From a virus (lineage: Duplodnaviria; Caudoviricetes): a stretch of 64,000 nt of DNA. Made by a program: the position numbers and the translations under genes. Location of the stretch: positions 13,056 through 77,055 of IMG/VR virus record IMGVR_UViG_3300020045_004441, one strand, 5' to 3'. How positions within the stretch are numbered: position 1 is the stretch's first letter; every line of letters starts with the position of its first letter. Shown here piece after piece: positions 20,969 through 30,509 of the stretch. Under the pieces are notes generated by a model. The model saw nothing but the letters and a program-made list of their open reading frames with translations, was not told the DNA's origin and ran no database searches.

Positions 20969-22054
20969 TTATACTACTTTAAAATGTGTTTTTAATAAAT
21001 GTCTTTTACAATAATCATCATTCTTAACTATATAAAGATTATCATACATCGAGAATTCAGCTTGATATTTATTACCTTTAGTTAGCGTTTTAAGCCTATC
21101 TGTAATACATTCTACTTCAAATGGCTTTCCAGACACCTCTTTAAATACATCAATTGCTGCCTTAAAATTTGAGACATTCATTAAAGTGAAATTACTTTTC
21201 TTTGCATTTGAGAATGATAGATTAATACTCTCGCCTTTTGGTAATCTAGTTTTAACATCTTCCATACTAACATATCCTGTTTGGTATAATAATCCATAAT
21301 ATCCAGAATAATTGGTTTTAGATAAAGCATAGTATAATGCATCCCAGGGGTCAATTGTAGTGTCTGATTTAATAATTCTCAACGTATCTGCAACTAATCC
21401 ATCAAAATGACAGCTCCATAAAAATCTGTAGAATGTTAAGATTGCTAATTTATGATTAGTACTCAATGCTTTAGAGCAATCAATGGTTACTATATATGCA
21501 TTAAATTCAGGAATTGGCATAACCATTTTGGCATCTTCTTGCTCTTTGAGAATTCTTTCAACATAAAGATCTAAGCATTCTCCAGTTTCATAAACCTGAT
21601 GATCAGAGGCATATCCATTCCAATTTGAGAACATTTTATTCCCATTAAATTTATCAGTTCTATATACAGAGCAATGTGTTTGCAATCTACTAAAATTGCC
21701 ATCTATTGAATTTATTACTCCAAATACATTTTTATTTGCATCATTCTGTCTGTACCTATAATTCTTTTTACAGGTAATTCTCAATCCTTTGAATTGTTCT
21801 AATCTTGGATCGTATGACGAATTATTGCTACTTAAATCAATATTTACTTTCTCTAATGCAGCTGGAAATAATGTTTCATTACCAATTTTATTCCACAATG
21901 TAACATCATCATCTGAAATCCCTGTATTCAACCATGTGAATGGAATGTAAATATCAATTGGAATAGTTTTATTACGAATATCCATCATACATTGTGTTTG
22001 CTGAATGCCGTAACCTTGATGATAATCGTATTTAGTGTTATTATGATCTGCCAT
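20969..22054 (-). CDS. Unknown 361-aa protein within the amidoligase cluster
   Basis: ORF coupled to the ATP-grasp gene; no recognised motif. Confidence 0.6.
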   Translation of the reverse strand: MADHNNTKYDYHQGYGIQQTQCMMDIRNKTIPIDIYIPFTWLNTGISDDDVTLWNKIGNETLFPAALEKVNIDLSSNNSSYDPRLEQFKGLRITCKKNYRYRQNDANKNVFGVINSIDGNFSRLQTHCSVYRTDKFNGNKMFSNWNGYASDHQVYETGECLDLYVERILKEQEDAKMVMPIPEFNAYIVTIDCSKALSTNHKLAILTFYRFLWSCHFDGLVADTLRIIKSDTTIDPWDALYYALSKTNYSGYYGLLYQTGYVSMEDVKTRLPKGESINLSFSNAKKSNFTLMNVSNFKAAIDVFKEVSGKPFEVECITDRLKTLTKGNKYQAEFSMYDNLYIVKNDDYCKRHLLKTHFKVV

Positions 22055-22868
22055 AATTTGCTATTTTGTCATTAATAATCTTGGGTAATTCCTCTCTATA
22101 TTTAACTTCAGTTACACTTCCGAGCGATGCGGCGCTGTTAATTTCAAGAATTATAAATTCTGGTACAAAATCTTCACGGCGTCCTTTCTCGGACTGCACC
22201 TTAACGTCACAAGCACCCAAGTCTAACCCAACTGCATTTAATGCCTTTACGCACTCAGATACAATATCATCCCAATTCTTAGGCTTTTCAAATAGAGGAT
22301 TTTCTTCCATCATCCAAACTGAATTAGAATCATGACGATGCCAACGATCTTCAGCATCTTGTTTTAACATTTTACGACAAGTATAGAAACAACCATCTTT
22401 AGTTACATGCAAGCGATACTCTTTAGTCATGCTTGAAGCGAAAACTTCCACGATATAATTAGAATGATCTCTATGTTCGGATATAAAATTATCCAAATCA
22501 GACTGAGATAATATTAGATAAATTCCTTCACCTTTGCATGAGTTTTTATGCTTAATGATTGCTGGGAATGTTGTCCAATCAGCACCATCAACATCAGTTA
22601 TATCTTCAAGTTTGCTCCATTGTGCTGTTTTAACTCCAATCTCATCAAACTTTTGCTTCATAATAATTTTATTACCACTGTTATGACAAGCTTCAACTGT
22701 ATTTACTTCAATAACTGGTCGTCCCTGTGGCATCCTAGGAAATGCCTCTGTAACAGTAGTTCTACTACCTAGACGTATAATACAACGCATAGCAAACTCC
22801 CCTAGAGAATTTCTAAGAGGAGCTGCTGTATGATTCTTGGTTCTAATTTGTGGCTTCCAGGTCTTCAT
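22041..22868 (-). CDS. RimK-like ATP-grasp peptide/amide ligase
   Basis: IRLGS, NSGNKIIMKQ, IIKHKNSCKGEGI, KEYRLHV, LDLGACDV, ILEINSAASLG. Confidence 0.85.
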   Translation of the reverse strand: MKTWKPQIRTKNHTAAPLRNSLGEFAMRCIIRLGSRTTVTEAFPRMPQGRPVIEVNTVEACHNSGNKIIMKQKFDEIGVKTAQWSKLEDITDVDGADWTTFPAIIKHKNSCKGEGIYLILSQSDLDNFISEHRDHSNYIVEVFASSMTKEYRLHVTKDGCFYTCRKMLKQDAEDRWHRHDSNSVWMMEENPLFEKPKNWDDIVSECVKALNAVGLDLGACDVKVQSEKGRREDFVPEFIILEINSAASLGSVTEVKYREELPKIINDKIANYGRS

Positions 22869-23085
22869 CTCTAAATATTAAATTAGCACAATAAATTACA
22901 AAAATTACAAATAGTATGACTGCAAATTCAATCAAATAAACAATCCCCATATTTACCATAAACGAGTGGTGATTATCCGTTAAGAATCCCACTATACCAG
23001 TAAAAACTGGCAATATAGACAAAAGAAGAGCAGACCCTACTATTTGTCTAGTCTTGATATGCATATCTTCTTTTGTAAAATTCAT
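22843..23085 (-). CDS. Small two-TM membrane protein
   Basis: Two hydrophobic segments; fills the gap between the GGCT and ATP-grasp genes and overlaps both slightly. Confidence 0.5.
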   Translation of the reverse strand: MNFTKEDMHIKTRQIVGSALLLSILPVFTGIVGFLTDNHHSFMVNMGIVYLIEFAVILFVIFVIYCANLIFRDEDLEATN

Positions 23086-23437
23086 TCCAATCACCACTCT
23101 CTACCGAATCGTACCCAGATTGATATCTAGGACTTTCTAAAACATAAACTTCAACTTCTCCGAGAGATGTTGGCACTAATGCTTTTTGGTAAAAACTTGG
23201 CCAGCCCTCCAGGCACTCAACGCTACGATATGTATAATCATTAACTTCCCATATTTCTACGGTAATGTCATGATTTTCTGGTGATGGTATTAATCCGGGG
23301 AAGCCGCCCAGCGACACCATGCGATATGGAATATTAATTACCTCTGTTGATTTAAGCTCGCTATCTCGTAGTAACCTATTGTTGCCGTGACCTTTACGCA
23401 AAGACCCGTATGTTACGATTAATCTTTTATTGCTCAT
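23048..23437 (-). CDS. Gamma-glutamylcyclotransferase (GGACT/AIG2-like)
   Basis: VTYGSLRKGHGNN, FPGL, VEIWEV, LEGWPSFY. Confidence 0.85.
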   Translation of the reverse strand: MSNKRLIVTYGSLRKGHGNNRLLRDSELKSTEVINIPYRMVSLGGFPGLIPSPENHDITVEIWEVNDYTYRSVECLEGWPSFYQKALVPTSLGEVEVYVLESPRYQSGYDSVESGDWNEFYKRRYAYQD

Positions 23438-23876
23438 TTGTTTTGTTTTTATAAATTTCTAACAATGAATTCCATGAATATCCATCAATAAGACTTGTCT
23501 TTCCGGTATCATTCCATCTATTATTTTGGCTATTTTCAATGGTATATTCCCAATATGTTGGATGTACTTCACTACTGTAAAATACAAGCTTATGTTTATT
23601 TTGACAAAATAAACATCTAACTACATGATCGTTGTCAAGAAGCTTAATTAAATCTATCAACATTACAATTAAGTCGTCTTCTTTTGTTTCAGTCTTAAAT
23701 GCACCATCTAGTAACATTTTAAGGTCGCCAATGGATCTAGATTTTCTGGGTCTACATTGCATGTCTGTGCATTCAGGATCGTTGAATGTTGCTGGAGTAC
23801 ATTTAACAAAATAATCTAATAGAAAATTCTTTTTAGATTGTCTATTTAATTGTTGGGCACAATATATTTTATTCAT
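23427..23876 (-). CDS. Hypothetical protein, paralog of 31646-32074
   Basis: AT....QC...K.RS..DL..L...F pattern. Confidence 0.55.
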   Translation of the reverse strand: MNKIYCAQQLNRQSKKNFLLDYFVKCTPATFNDPECTDMQCRPRKSRSIGDLKMLLDGAFKTETKEDDLIVMLIDLIKLLDNDHVVRCLFCQNKHKLVFYSSEVHPTYWEYTIENSQNNRWNDTGKTSLIDGYSWNSLLEIYKNKTNEQ

Positions 23877-24588
23877 CTTGTAATACTGATTTTTTAGTTC
23901 GCATAATTCTATTAACCATATTTTCCATCAAAACAATTGTGTCATAATCAACGCAATCTTCAATGTGACTTTGTATTCCTATGATTGGCAGTGTGTTGTG
24001 AGCAATTAACTCAATTGTATTATCTTTCTCATGTGTTGCTAGTACCGATAACCCCTCACCTAAAAATCTAGGATCAATTGCTTGATGATGCCTACTGTTA
24101 ACACCATAAACTCTCTGAGGCTGCCTATTTTGCATTACTGGTGCAAATTCTGAGAAATTCCAGAAGTCAATAGCATTAATTTTAATGTTGTGCATTGTCT
24201 TATATGGATCTTCAGGTTTATTGGTCTCATGAGACATATGCTGAATTAACTTACTTCCAAAGTGAACTGCTATTGATTGTAATCCGCGGCAGATACATAG
24301 GATTGGAGTTTCAGTCTCTACATATGCTGGCAATATATTTAAGTCAAAATATTCTTTATGAATATCTGGCTTGCCTGTAAAATATGATGGAACTTCGTTA
24401 TAGCGGTCTACTGAGACGTCGGCGCCTCCAGTTAATAATAGCAAATCTAAATCTGGTTTAAACGAGCTATCTGGAAGCAATAATATTGGTTCTCCAAATT
24501 GTGATGCATATTCTAAGTAACTTAGAGTTAATCCAACTGAATTTTCTCCAAGCTTACTGATTGGAATTCCTATTTTTTTTCGTGTCAT
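23869..24588 (-). CDS. Peptidase C26 / gamma-glutamyl hydrolase (class I GATase fold)
   Basis: LLLTGGADV, ICRGLQ (catalytic Cys), VNSRHHQAI, GIQSHIE (His-x-Glu). Confidence 0.85.
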   Translation of the reverse strand: MTRKKIGIPISKLGENSVGLTLSYLEYASQFGEPILLLPDSSFKPDLDLLLLTGGADVSVDRYNEVPSYFTGKPDIHKEYFDLNILPAYVETETPILCICRGLQSIAVHFGSKLIQHMSHETNKPEDPYKTMHNIKINAIDFWNFSEFAPVMQNRQPQRVYGVNSRHHQAIDPRFLGEGLSVLATHEKDNTIELIAHNTLPIIGIQSHIEDCVDYDTIVLMENMVNRIMRTKKSVLQDE

Positions 24589-25054
24589 ATTTTGTTTGTT
24601 TTCGATATTTTAGCTTCCAAGCACTTTCTGTATGCACTACAGCCCTCCATGTCTTGTGGATGGAATCCGCTTATTTTTATTTTGTATTTATTTCTGCTTG
24701 TGGAATACAATAAAGTACATCGACACGTTTTAGGCTGCGATTCACTTTTAAATTCTCTACCGCTTTGAATATATACCTGATGCGTGTCATAGGTAGATGT
24801 TTCAGACTTAATTACAACCCAATCGTTTGGTTTAAATAAATTAAATATCATTTTGTCGTTGTTTTAAATGTCATTTTCATTATTGTTTCATTAAGAAACT
24901 TTCTAAATTCTCTAAGCTCCTCTAAATTTAAATACTCATAGTTATTATCCCAAATACCAACCTGTACAAAATCCTTAATTGGACTACCTGGTGGCTCTAT
25001 AAGTCTAGTCATAAAGAAGCTCCTGATCTTTATTGAATGTGGATTTTTAGTCAT
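24585..25054 (-). other. Two small hypothetical CDS (24585-24851, 24848-25054)
   Basis: ATGA-coupled ORFs. Confidence 0.55.
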
Positions 25055-25182
25055 AGTTTATTAGTTCTCCAATCATAATTCTTTGGATAATTCTCGTATC
25101 CTTTAGTAGATTGCAATATTTTACATGAAGATAATAGAATTACCACAAGCAATGCTGCTGCATATAATATTTTAGGTTTCAT
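25051..25182 (-). CDS. 43-aa putative lipoprotein (below the track cutoff)
   Basis: Hand translation MKPKILYAAALLVVILLSS|CKILQSTKGYENYPKNYDWRTNKL; lipobox LSSC; stop overlaps the next ATG. Confidence 0.5.
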   Translation of the reverse strand: MKPKILYAAALLVVILLSSCKILQSTKGYENYPKNYDWRTNKL

Positions 25183-25348
25183 CTCTTGACCAATTTATAA
25201 TAATAACCATTCTTGCCTGAATAATTACAAACATCGTAATCTGTTGCAGTAGCAAACATTAAAAATCCAACATCCATATTGCGTTTGTGGCAAATAATAT
25301 CACCTTCTTGAAACTTTCTACAAAGCTTTAATTCGTATTGTTGTATTT

Positions 25349-25687
25349 TCATTGTATTAGTTTTTGTAATTCAAAAATAAAGTTATTATTTCCAGAATAC
25401 TGAATAGCCAATACCCTAATTGGCACTTCAATCTCAATGTAACTTCCGCCCATTTGTTTATCTATTGCATTCCATGGATATACAGGAGATCCTTCAATCC
25501 AAGGATACCATTTTTTTTCATAGACGCAAGGTTTTTCTCTTAATAATGCAGAATAAACCTTCGAACCTCTATTAACCTCAATAAAAAACGAAGCATCATT
25601 AGATCGCTTGATATTTAAATCAATATCTTCAGGAGTAATTGTAACTTCTTTTTTATTAGAGATGGCAATATTTGTAGTGTTAAACAT
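25349..25687 (-). CDS. Hypothetical protein
   Basis: 112-aa ORF. Confidence 0.55.
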   Translation of the reverse strand: MFNTTNIAISNKKEVTITPEDIDLNIKRSNDASFFIEVNRGSKVYSALLREKPCVYEKKWYPWIEGSPVYPWNAIDKQMGGSYIEIEVPIRVLAIQYSGNNNFIFELQKLIQ

Positions 25688-25753
25688 TTATTAGTTTTTG
25701 TAGTTGATAATTAAACTCTCTTAATCCATGTGCCTTGACGCAATATACTATAA

Positions 25754-26353
25754 TTAGTTGGAATACCTCCATACGAATCCTCCAGATGTTTTATATCTTT
25801 TTGAGCAGCAATTAGAGATGTTTCCATTGCGAATTCCGGTAACCCTTTCGGCATCTTTTAAAGAATAAAATTCTCTAATGAGATTTCCATCCAAATCATA
25901 TTGTTTTATTGATTTACTCATTTTATTGTTTATTCCATTCTTTGCATCAGAATGAGCTTTATGGATGTTTTCTATAGTTGATAATATTTGAATATTATCC
26001 AAAGAGTATGTTTTATAATCATTAAGTCTATCAACAGACGGAGTGAATTTGAATCCATAATTAGACTCTTCCCATATTTTAAATTGAACGTGATATTTAT
26101 CTTGAGATAAACACCAGCTCCGCAATTCATCTAGCGAATATTCTGGATATTCATAATTTCTTTTTCTACAATTATCTCTCTGATGTGAATAGATTCTAGT
26201 TACGAGTCCTTCTTTAGTTCTATTATATTGAGTTGTTTTTTCATTTGCGCACTTTCTGCATATATAAGACACATACCCACGACTATCTATATAAAAATCA
26301 ATCAACTCTTTATCTTCCTTGCAACAATTACATTTCTTTGTTTTAATTTCCAT
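25754..26353 (-). CDS. HNH-type homing endonuclease with a NUMOD1 DNA-binding domain
   Basis: CNCC..CRKC, SVDRLNDYKTYSLDNIQ, QYDLDGNLIREFYSLKDAER...NISNCC...GGFVW. Confidence 0.7.
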   Translation of the reverse strand: MEIKTKKCNCCKEDKELIDFYIDSRGYVSYICRKCANEKTTQYNRTKEGLVTRIYSHQRDNCRKRNYEYPEYSLDELRSWCLSQDKYHVQFKIWEESNYGFKFTPSVDRLNDYKTYSLDNIQILSTIENIHKAHSDAKNGINNKMSKSIKQYDLDGNLIREFYSLKDAERVTGIRNGNISNCCSKRYKTSGGFVWRYSN

Positions 26354-27395
26354 TTTCTAGTTTATATTTTAACAATCCATTAAATTCTCTCAATCCATAT
26401 TTAGCCACTAATTCCGCAGGATCTTTAGCCCTATAAATATATGGATTGTAAAGATACTCAATGTTATACATACTAGAAAATTTTTTAGCATTTATTATTC
26501 CACTATTGTAATCTTTTTCATAATCATTGTCAAACCAAATTACAATTCGATTCCATCTTGGCCTTAATTTTTTATAGAAAATTTCTGGCAAAATGAACGA
26601 TCCCTCATTGTTCGGGGCGATCGCATTGCAATAATGTCCATTAAGTCTCCAGAAAATTCCCGCATCTTTCTTACTACTTGTAATATATAGCGTATCTCCA
26701 CCGCCTTTGGGTAATAAATCCCAATTCTGAATAACAGTATTATCTACATTAGAAATCCATTTGTGCTTACCATCGCGTTCTGGGAAATATAGTTTTCTCC
26801 TATAAATACCATTATGCCTATAATAATCATAACTATAAGCCAATTCATGTGGCACTGCATATGGCATCTTAATCATACCCTTGTGCTCCATTGTTAGCCA
26901 GAAGTAGTCTATTGGCCTAATAGAAGCCATCTGAAGCATTTCTTCAGTCCAGCCATATTGTTGCCAGTATTCTAAGTCGTAATCCTTATATGGAGCGTAT
27001 GACACATTTATGACAGTTGTAGATTTCTCCTTAAAATGCGGTGTTGGATTAATCTTAGATATAATAGTTCTTACATATCTGAAATCTCTATCAGAATTAT
27101 CTATTAATTGTAATCCAAAATCTAGATTAATCTTTCTAATAGCATCCCTAAAATCTAAATTAAACTTACGCATCACATATTCAATAGCCCTGTAAGATCC
27201 CTCTCCAAAATCTGTGTACAAAAGGTCTCCGCCAATATGTTCTATCATACACGATGGAGACTTTTCATCTCTAAACTCTGATTTAAAAGGCTGTGATATT
27301 TTCTTAAAATTCCTACAGTAAGCTTGAAATATTTGATATGTTGAAATCACATCTAATAAATTGCTCTTAGTAAGAATATTTCTAGTTGTGATCAT
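26343..27395 (-). CDS. dnaG: DNA primase (Toprim)
   Basis: SEFRDEKSPSC, YTDFG, ITSSKKD, WFDND (DxD), KDPAEL. Confidence 0.8.
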   Translation of the reverse strand: MITTRNILTKSNLLDVISTYQIFQAYCRNFKKISQPFKSEFRDEKSPSCMIEHIGGDLLYTDFGEGSYRAIEYVMRKFNLDFRDAIRKINLDFGLQLIDNSDRDFRYVRTIISKINPTPHFKEKSTTVINVSYAPYKDYDLEYWQQYGWTEEMLQMASIRPIDYFWLTMEHKGMIKMPYAVPHELAYSYDYYRHNGIYRRKLYFPERDGKHKWISNVDNTVIQNWDLLPKGGGDTLYITSSKKDAGIFWRLNGHYCNAIAPNNEGSFILPEIFYKKLRPRWNRIVIWFDNDYEKDYNSGIINAKKFSSMYNIEYLYNPYIYRAKDPAELVAKYGLREFNGLLKYKLENGN

Positions 27396-27563
27396 TTTGT
27401 TTATTTAATTTCTGTCTAACACTTCCAATTGATAAATTTCCTTAATGTGTTTATACATTAATTCTGGTACATTATATTCAGATAATAAATCCATTCTCTT
27501 TTCGTCTGATAATGAATTCCACCAGTCTTCAACTATTTGTCTTGCATTCATAACTTAATTTTT

Positions 27564-27593
27564 AAAAGAAAGGGCCATCATTTCTGACAGCCC
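27564..27593 (-). terminator. Intrinsic terminator after the SSB gene
   Basis: GGGCTGTCA-GAAA-TGATGGCCC followed by TTTCTTTT on the minus strand. Confidence 0.8.
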
Positions 27594-27628
27594 AATCATA
27601 CAACTATTTATAAAACAACAATTTTATC

Positions 27629-28267
27629 TTACCAAGGCATTTCATCCTCTGGAGCCTGTGTTTTAAAGTCAGGATCTGCTGATGGTAGCGCCACTGGTTT
27701 GTAATCATATTTATTACCTTTATCAAAAGGCTTAATATGATCTGGATTAGCTTTCATCTCTTCATTAGAAGCGATAAATCCGTAACGACGTTTACCTAAA
27801 GAATAGCCGATTTTGTCCTGGCCATCTTTCACATAAACATATTCTTCAGCTGTTAAAGCCCATGTAGCAAATTTGCCACGAATAATAGGCATCAACTTAT
27901 TGAGATAATCCTCTACGTTATCAGCCTCGATAGCATCAACTTTTTCAGAAACATCAAGCTTCTTAGCAATTAATGCAATATCTGAGATAAACTGATCCAT
28001 CTGAGTTTTATCTTCCTTGCCAAAATAAATACTGAAATTTACACGACCTACACGACCGCCAAATTTAGCTTTTTCATCTGGCTCAAAACCAGCATCCACA
28101 ACTTTTGGACTCTCAATCAACAAAACTACTAATTGTTTATCACTCTTGGATGACTTTTTAAGTTCAAATCCAACAATTGCAGCCTCCTGCACACCATATG
28201 ACAGATATTTAGATCCACCATTACCACCTGTCGCAATTACGACTCCTTTCGTACTAAATCCACTCAT
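27629..28267 (-). CDS. Putative single-stranded DNA-binding protein
   Basis: Lies between the AAA ATPase and the primase; beta-rich core; acidic/aromatic C-terminal tip PEDEMPW. Confidence 0.55.
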   Translation of the reverse strand: MSGFSTKGVVIATGGNGGSKYLSYGVQEAAIVGFELKKSSKSDKQLVVLLIESPKVVDAGFEPDEKAKFGGRVGRVNFSIYFGKEDKTQMDQFISDIALIAKKLDVSEKVDAIEADNVEDYLNKLMPIIRGKFATWALTAEEYVYVKDGQDKIGYSLGKRRYGFIASNEEMKANPDHIKPFDKGNKYDYKPVALPSADPDFKTQAPEDEMPW

Positions 28268-28277
28268 ATATTTAATT

Positions 28278-28535
28278 TTAATTGTTACTACTTAATTCCA
28301 ATTCGTCTTCTTGTTGATATTTGCGAGCCAATATGTGCCAGTCTACATGAAACATCTCCCAATAATAATGACGCTGGGGTGAATTCTCCCAATCAAAAGC
28401 TGATGTTACCCATCTATCATTAGATTGCCATGTTCTATTGCAATAAACATCAAAGTCTTCATTACCTCTAATGTTTTTCTTAAATTGCTCTAGACAATTA
28501 TTCTTAGTTAGAAATTCTATAAATCTTTCTTTCAT
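28278..28535 (-). CDS. Hypothetical protein
   Basis: 85-aa ORF. Confidence 0.55.
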   Translation of the reverse strand: MKERFIEFLTKNNCLEQFKKNIRGNEDFDVYCNRTWQSNDRWVTSAFDWENSPQRHYYWEMFHVDWHILARKYQQEDELELSSNN

Positions 28536-28568
28536 TTTAAATAAATTCTATCCCAAAAGGTTGTAATG

Positions 28569-29282
28569 TTAATTATAGTATTCATGCACACATTTAGAAA
28601 CATACCCTAAATCATTTGGTATTCTAATTGACGGGAATGTACCCTGTGGCGATTTGGCTGGATAATCATTGGTTCTGTTTGTTACGAAGAAATAATTACC
28701 CTTTTGAGTTTTATCGTCCCATTCTGAAACTGCATATAACACAATATTAAACAATCCCTCAAGAGTTATCTTAGAGTCCAACATATTGCCAAGTGTTTTC
28801 ATTTTGCGGACAACCTCAAAATCTTTATGGATCTCTTCGCTGTGACAAATGAAATACACCTGTAAATCATCTCTTAGATTGCGAGCCATATCAATGATCT
28901 CAAAATAATCCTTACCAAGCTCATTGAATTTTTCATAACCCTTCTCCATTGCCTTACGCATGAACGCGAACGCTAAACTATAATGGGCGTCGTCGATCAC
29001 AATATATTTGATGTGAGGCATAGTTGTATTGATCCGGCTAAGTGCATTTTTTATATTTGCAGCTTTATCGCTAGAAAACCAATTCCCATCAGGACTTTCT
29101 GTTGGGTGAAATGGTTTATAGTGCTGTTTCCATCCTTTTGTTGGTAATCCCTTGCCAGCTACTGAGATTATAAATGTTTCCTTTGGTGGCAATCCAATAA
29201 TTCCAAGTTCTGGATTTCCCAATATTGCAGTTGATTTACCAACTCCACTCTCTCCCGTTATTCCTATTAATTCTCCTGCCAT
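28569..29282 (-). CDS. AAA_24/Sak4-like P-loop ATPase (recombination)
   Basis: Walker A GESGVGKST, Walker B IVIDD, ICHSEE, EGLFNIVLYA. Confidence 0.75.
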   Translation of the reverse strand: MAGELIGITGESGVGKSTAILGNPELGIIGLPPKETFIISVAGKGLPTKGWKQHYKPFHPTESPDGNWFSSDKAANIKNALSRINTTMPHIKYIVIDDAHYSLAFAFMRKAMEKGYEKFNELGKDYFEIIDMARNLRDDLQVYFICHSEEIHKDFEVVRKMKTLGNMLDSKITLEGLFNIVLYAVSEWDDKTQKGNYFFVTNRTNDYPAKSPQGTFPSIRIPNDLGYVSKCVHEYYN

Positions 29283-29291
29283 ATATTATTA

Positions 29292-30122
29292 TTATTTTAT
29301 TATTTCTTTGTGTTTCCAATAAAATCCGTATTTTAATATTTCTTTATCCATCCAGCTACGAATTCCTTCTTTTATTATGCCATTTTCTCTCTCAGCTTCA
29401 CCTCTAGATCTATATGTATTTATTAGGTTGTAATCCTTATCATACTGATACACTTTTTTACCTAGTCGTTTAATATTAAATTCAGATATTTTTCTTTTGT
29501 GCTCTAAGGTTAATGGAGTTCCGTTAGCCCACCATTTGTCATATATATAGGATTTATTTGCGTCATAATCCTTTTGATAACAAAATGTAAAATCTTGAAG
29601 AAAATTTTTCTTGTGACCCAAGCAGCATTGTGACACATTTGTACTAGAAGACTTTATAAATCTAGCGGCATCTGATACTGAATCAAATTCATATTGTAAT
29701 TCTCCCGTAAACCTATTGAAGACAAAAACTGGCTTAGAAGTTCGTTTCTTATTGTCCTCAATAGACTTTCTGCTTTTGTTCCAAGCTGTAATGTGTGTGG
29801 AATTATTAAGCATTTGATTGTATCCATTATTAATTACATCTAGTGAAATTATGTATTTTTCTTCTAGTTTTAGTAATTCATTTCTGTCTATTGAATCAAA
29901 TTGTTCTAATATTTCTACCTCAAAAGCAGTTGTCCCATATTTATCGAATGATTTTTGCAAATGAACATTACAATGAACATTATTTATTAGCTCATAATAA
30001 TGCCTCTGAAGTCTTAACTTTAAATTTACTGCTGATCCAATGTAGGATAAGTTTGTTTGATTGTTTGTAATTTTGTAGATCCCAAATGTTTTTGGGAATT
30101 CTTTAAAATCTAATGTATTCAT
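29292..30122 (-). CDS. GIY-YIG homing endonuclease with NUMOD1 repeats
   Basis: GIYKITN...SYIGSAVNLKLRLQRH, GYN, two NUMOD1-like repeats. Likely ATG at 30122, since the track TTG start overlaps the promoter. Confidence 0.85.
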   Translation of the reverse strand: MNTLDFKEFPKTFGIYKITNNQTNLSYIGSAVNLKLRLQRHYYELINNVHCNVHLQKSFDKYGTTAFEVEILEQFDSIDRNELLKLEEKYIISLDVINNGYNQMLNNSTHITAWNKSRKSIEDNKKRTSKPVFVFNRFTGELQYEFDSVSDAARFIKSSSTNVSQCCLGHKKNFLQDFTFCYQKDYDANKSYIYDKWWANGTPLTLEHKRKISEFNIKRLGKKVYQYDKDYNLINTYRSRGEAERENGIIKEGIRSWMDKEILKYGFYWKHKEIIK

Positions 30123-30146
30123 AACGGCTATCTGTTTATTAGATAG

Positions 30147-30177
30147 CAAAGATATACATTATTATTTAATTTACAAA
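30147..30177 (-). promoter_or_regulatory. Bacteroidota sigma-A type promoter for the GIY-YIG gene
   Basis: TTTG-N19-TATCTTTG. Confidence 0.7.
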
Positions 30178-30227
30178 ATCACAACTTTTCTTCACTCACT
30201 TATCTTTCTCCTATATTTAAATTATTA

Positions 30228-30500
30228 CTACTTCTCGTATTTAGATATAAAATTTGAATCTTTGCTAAGTTTCTTAAATGTAGATTTATTATATTTCATA
30301 ATACTATTGGTATTTGCAAAATACACACCATTATTAAAAAACCTAGCTAATTTATTTGCATCTAAATCTATATACATAATTTTCATTGGCCTGACACCCC
30401 ATTTATTATTTGCATATAGACACTCAGCACAAACAATATCTCCAACCTTAAATACCTTGTTGTCAGAATCCCTTCTTACTGCGCATATTTTAACCTTCAT
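30228..30500 (-). CDS. Hypothetical protein
   Basis: AVRRDSDNKVFKVGD motif. Confidence 0.55.
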   Translation of the reverse strand: MKVKICAVRRDSDNKVFKVGDIVCAECLYANNKWGVRPMKIMYIDLDANKLARFFNNGVYFANTNSIMKYNKSTFKKLSKDSNFISKYEK

Positions 30501-30509
30501 ATCAATTAA

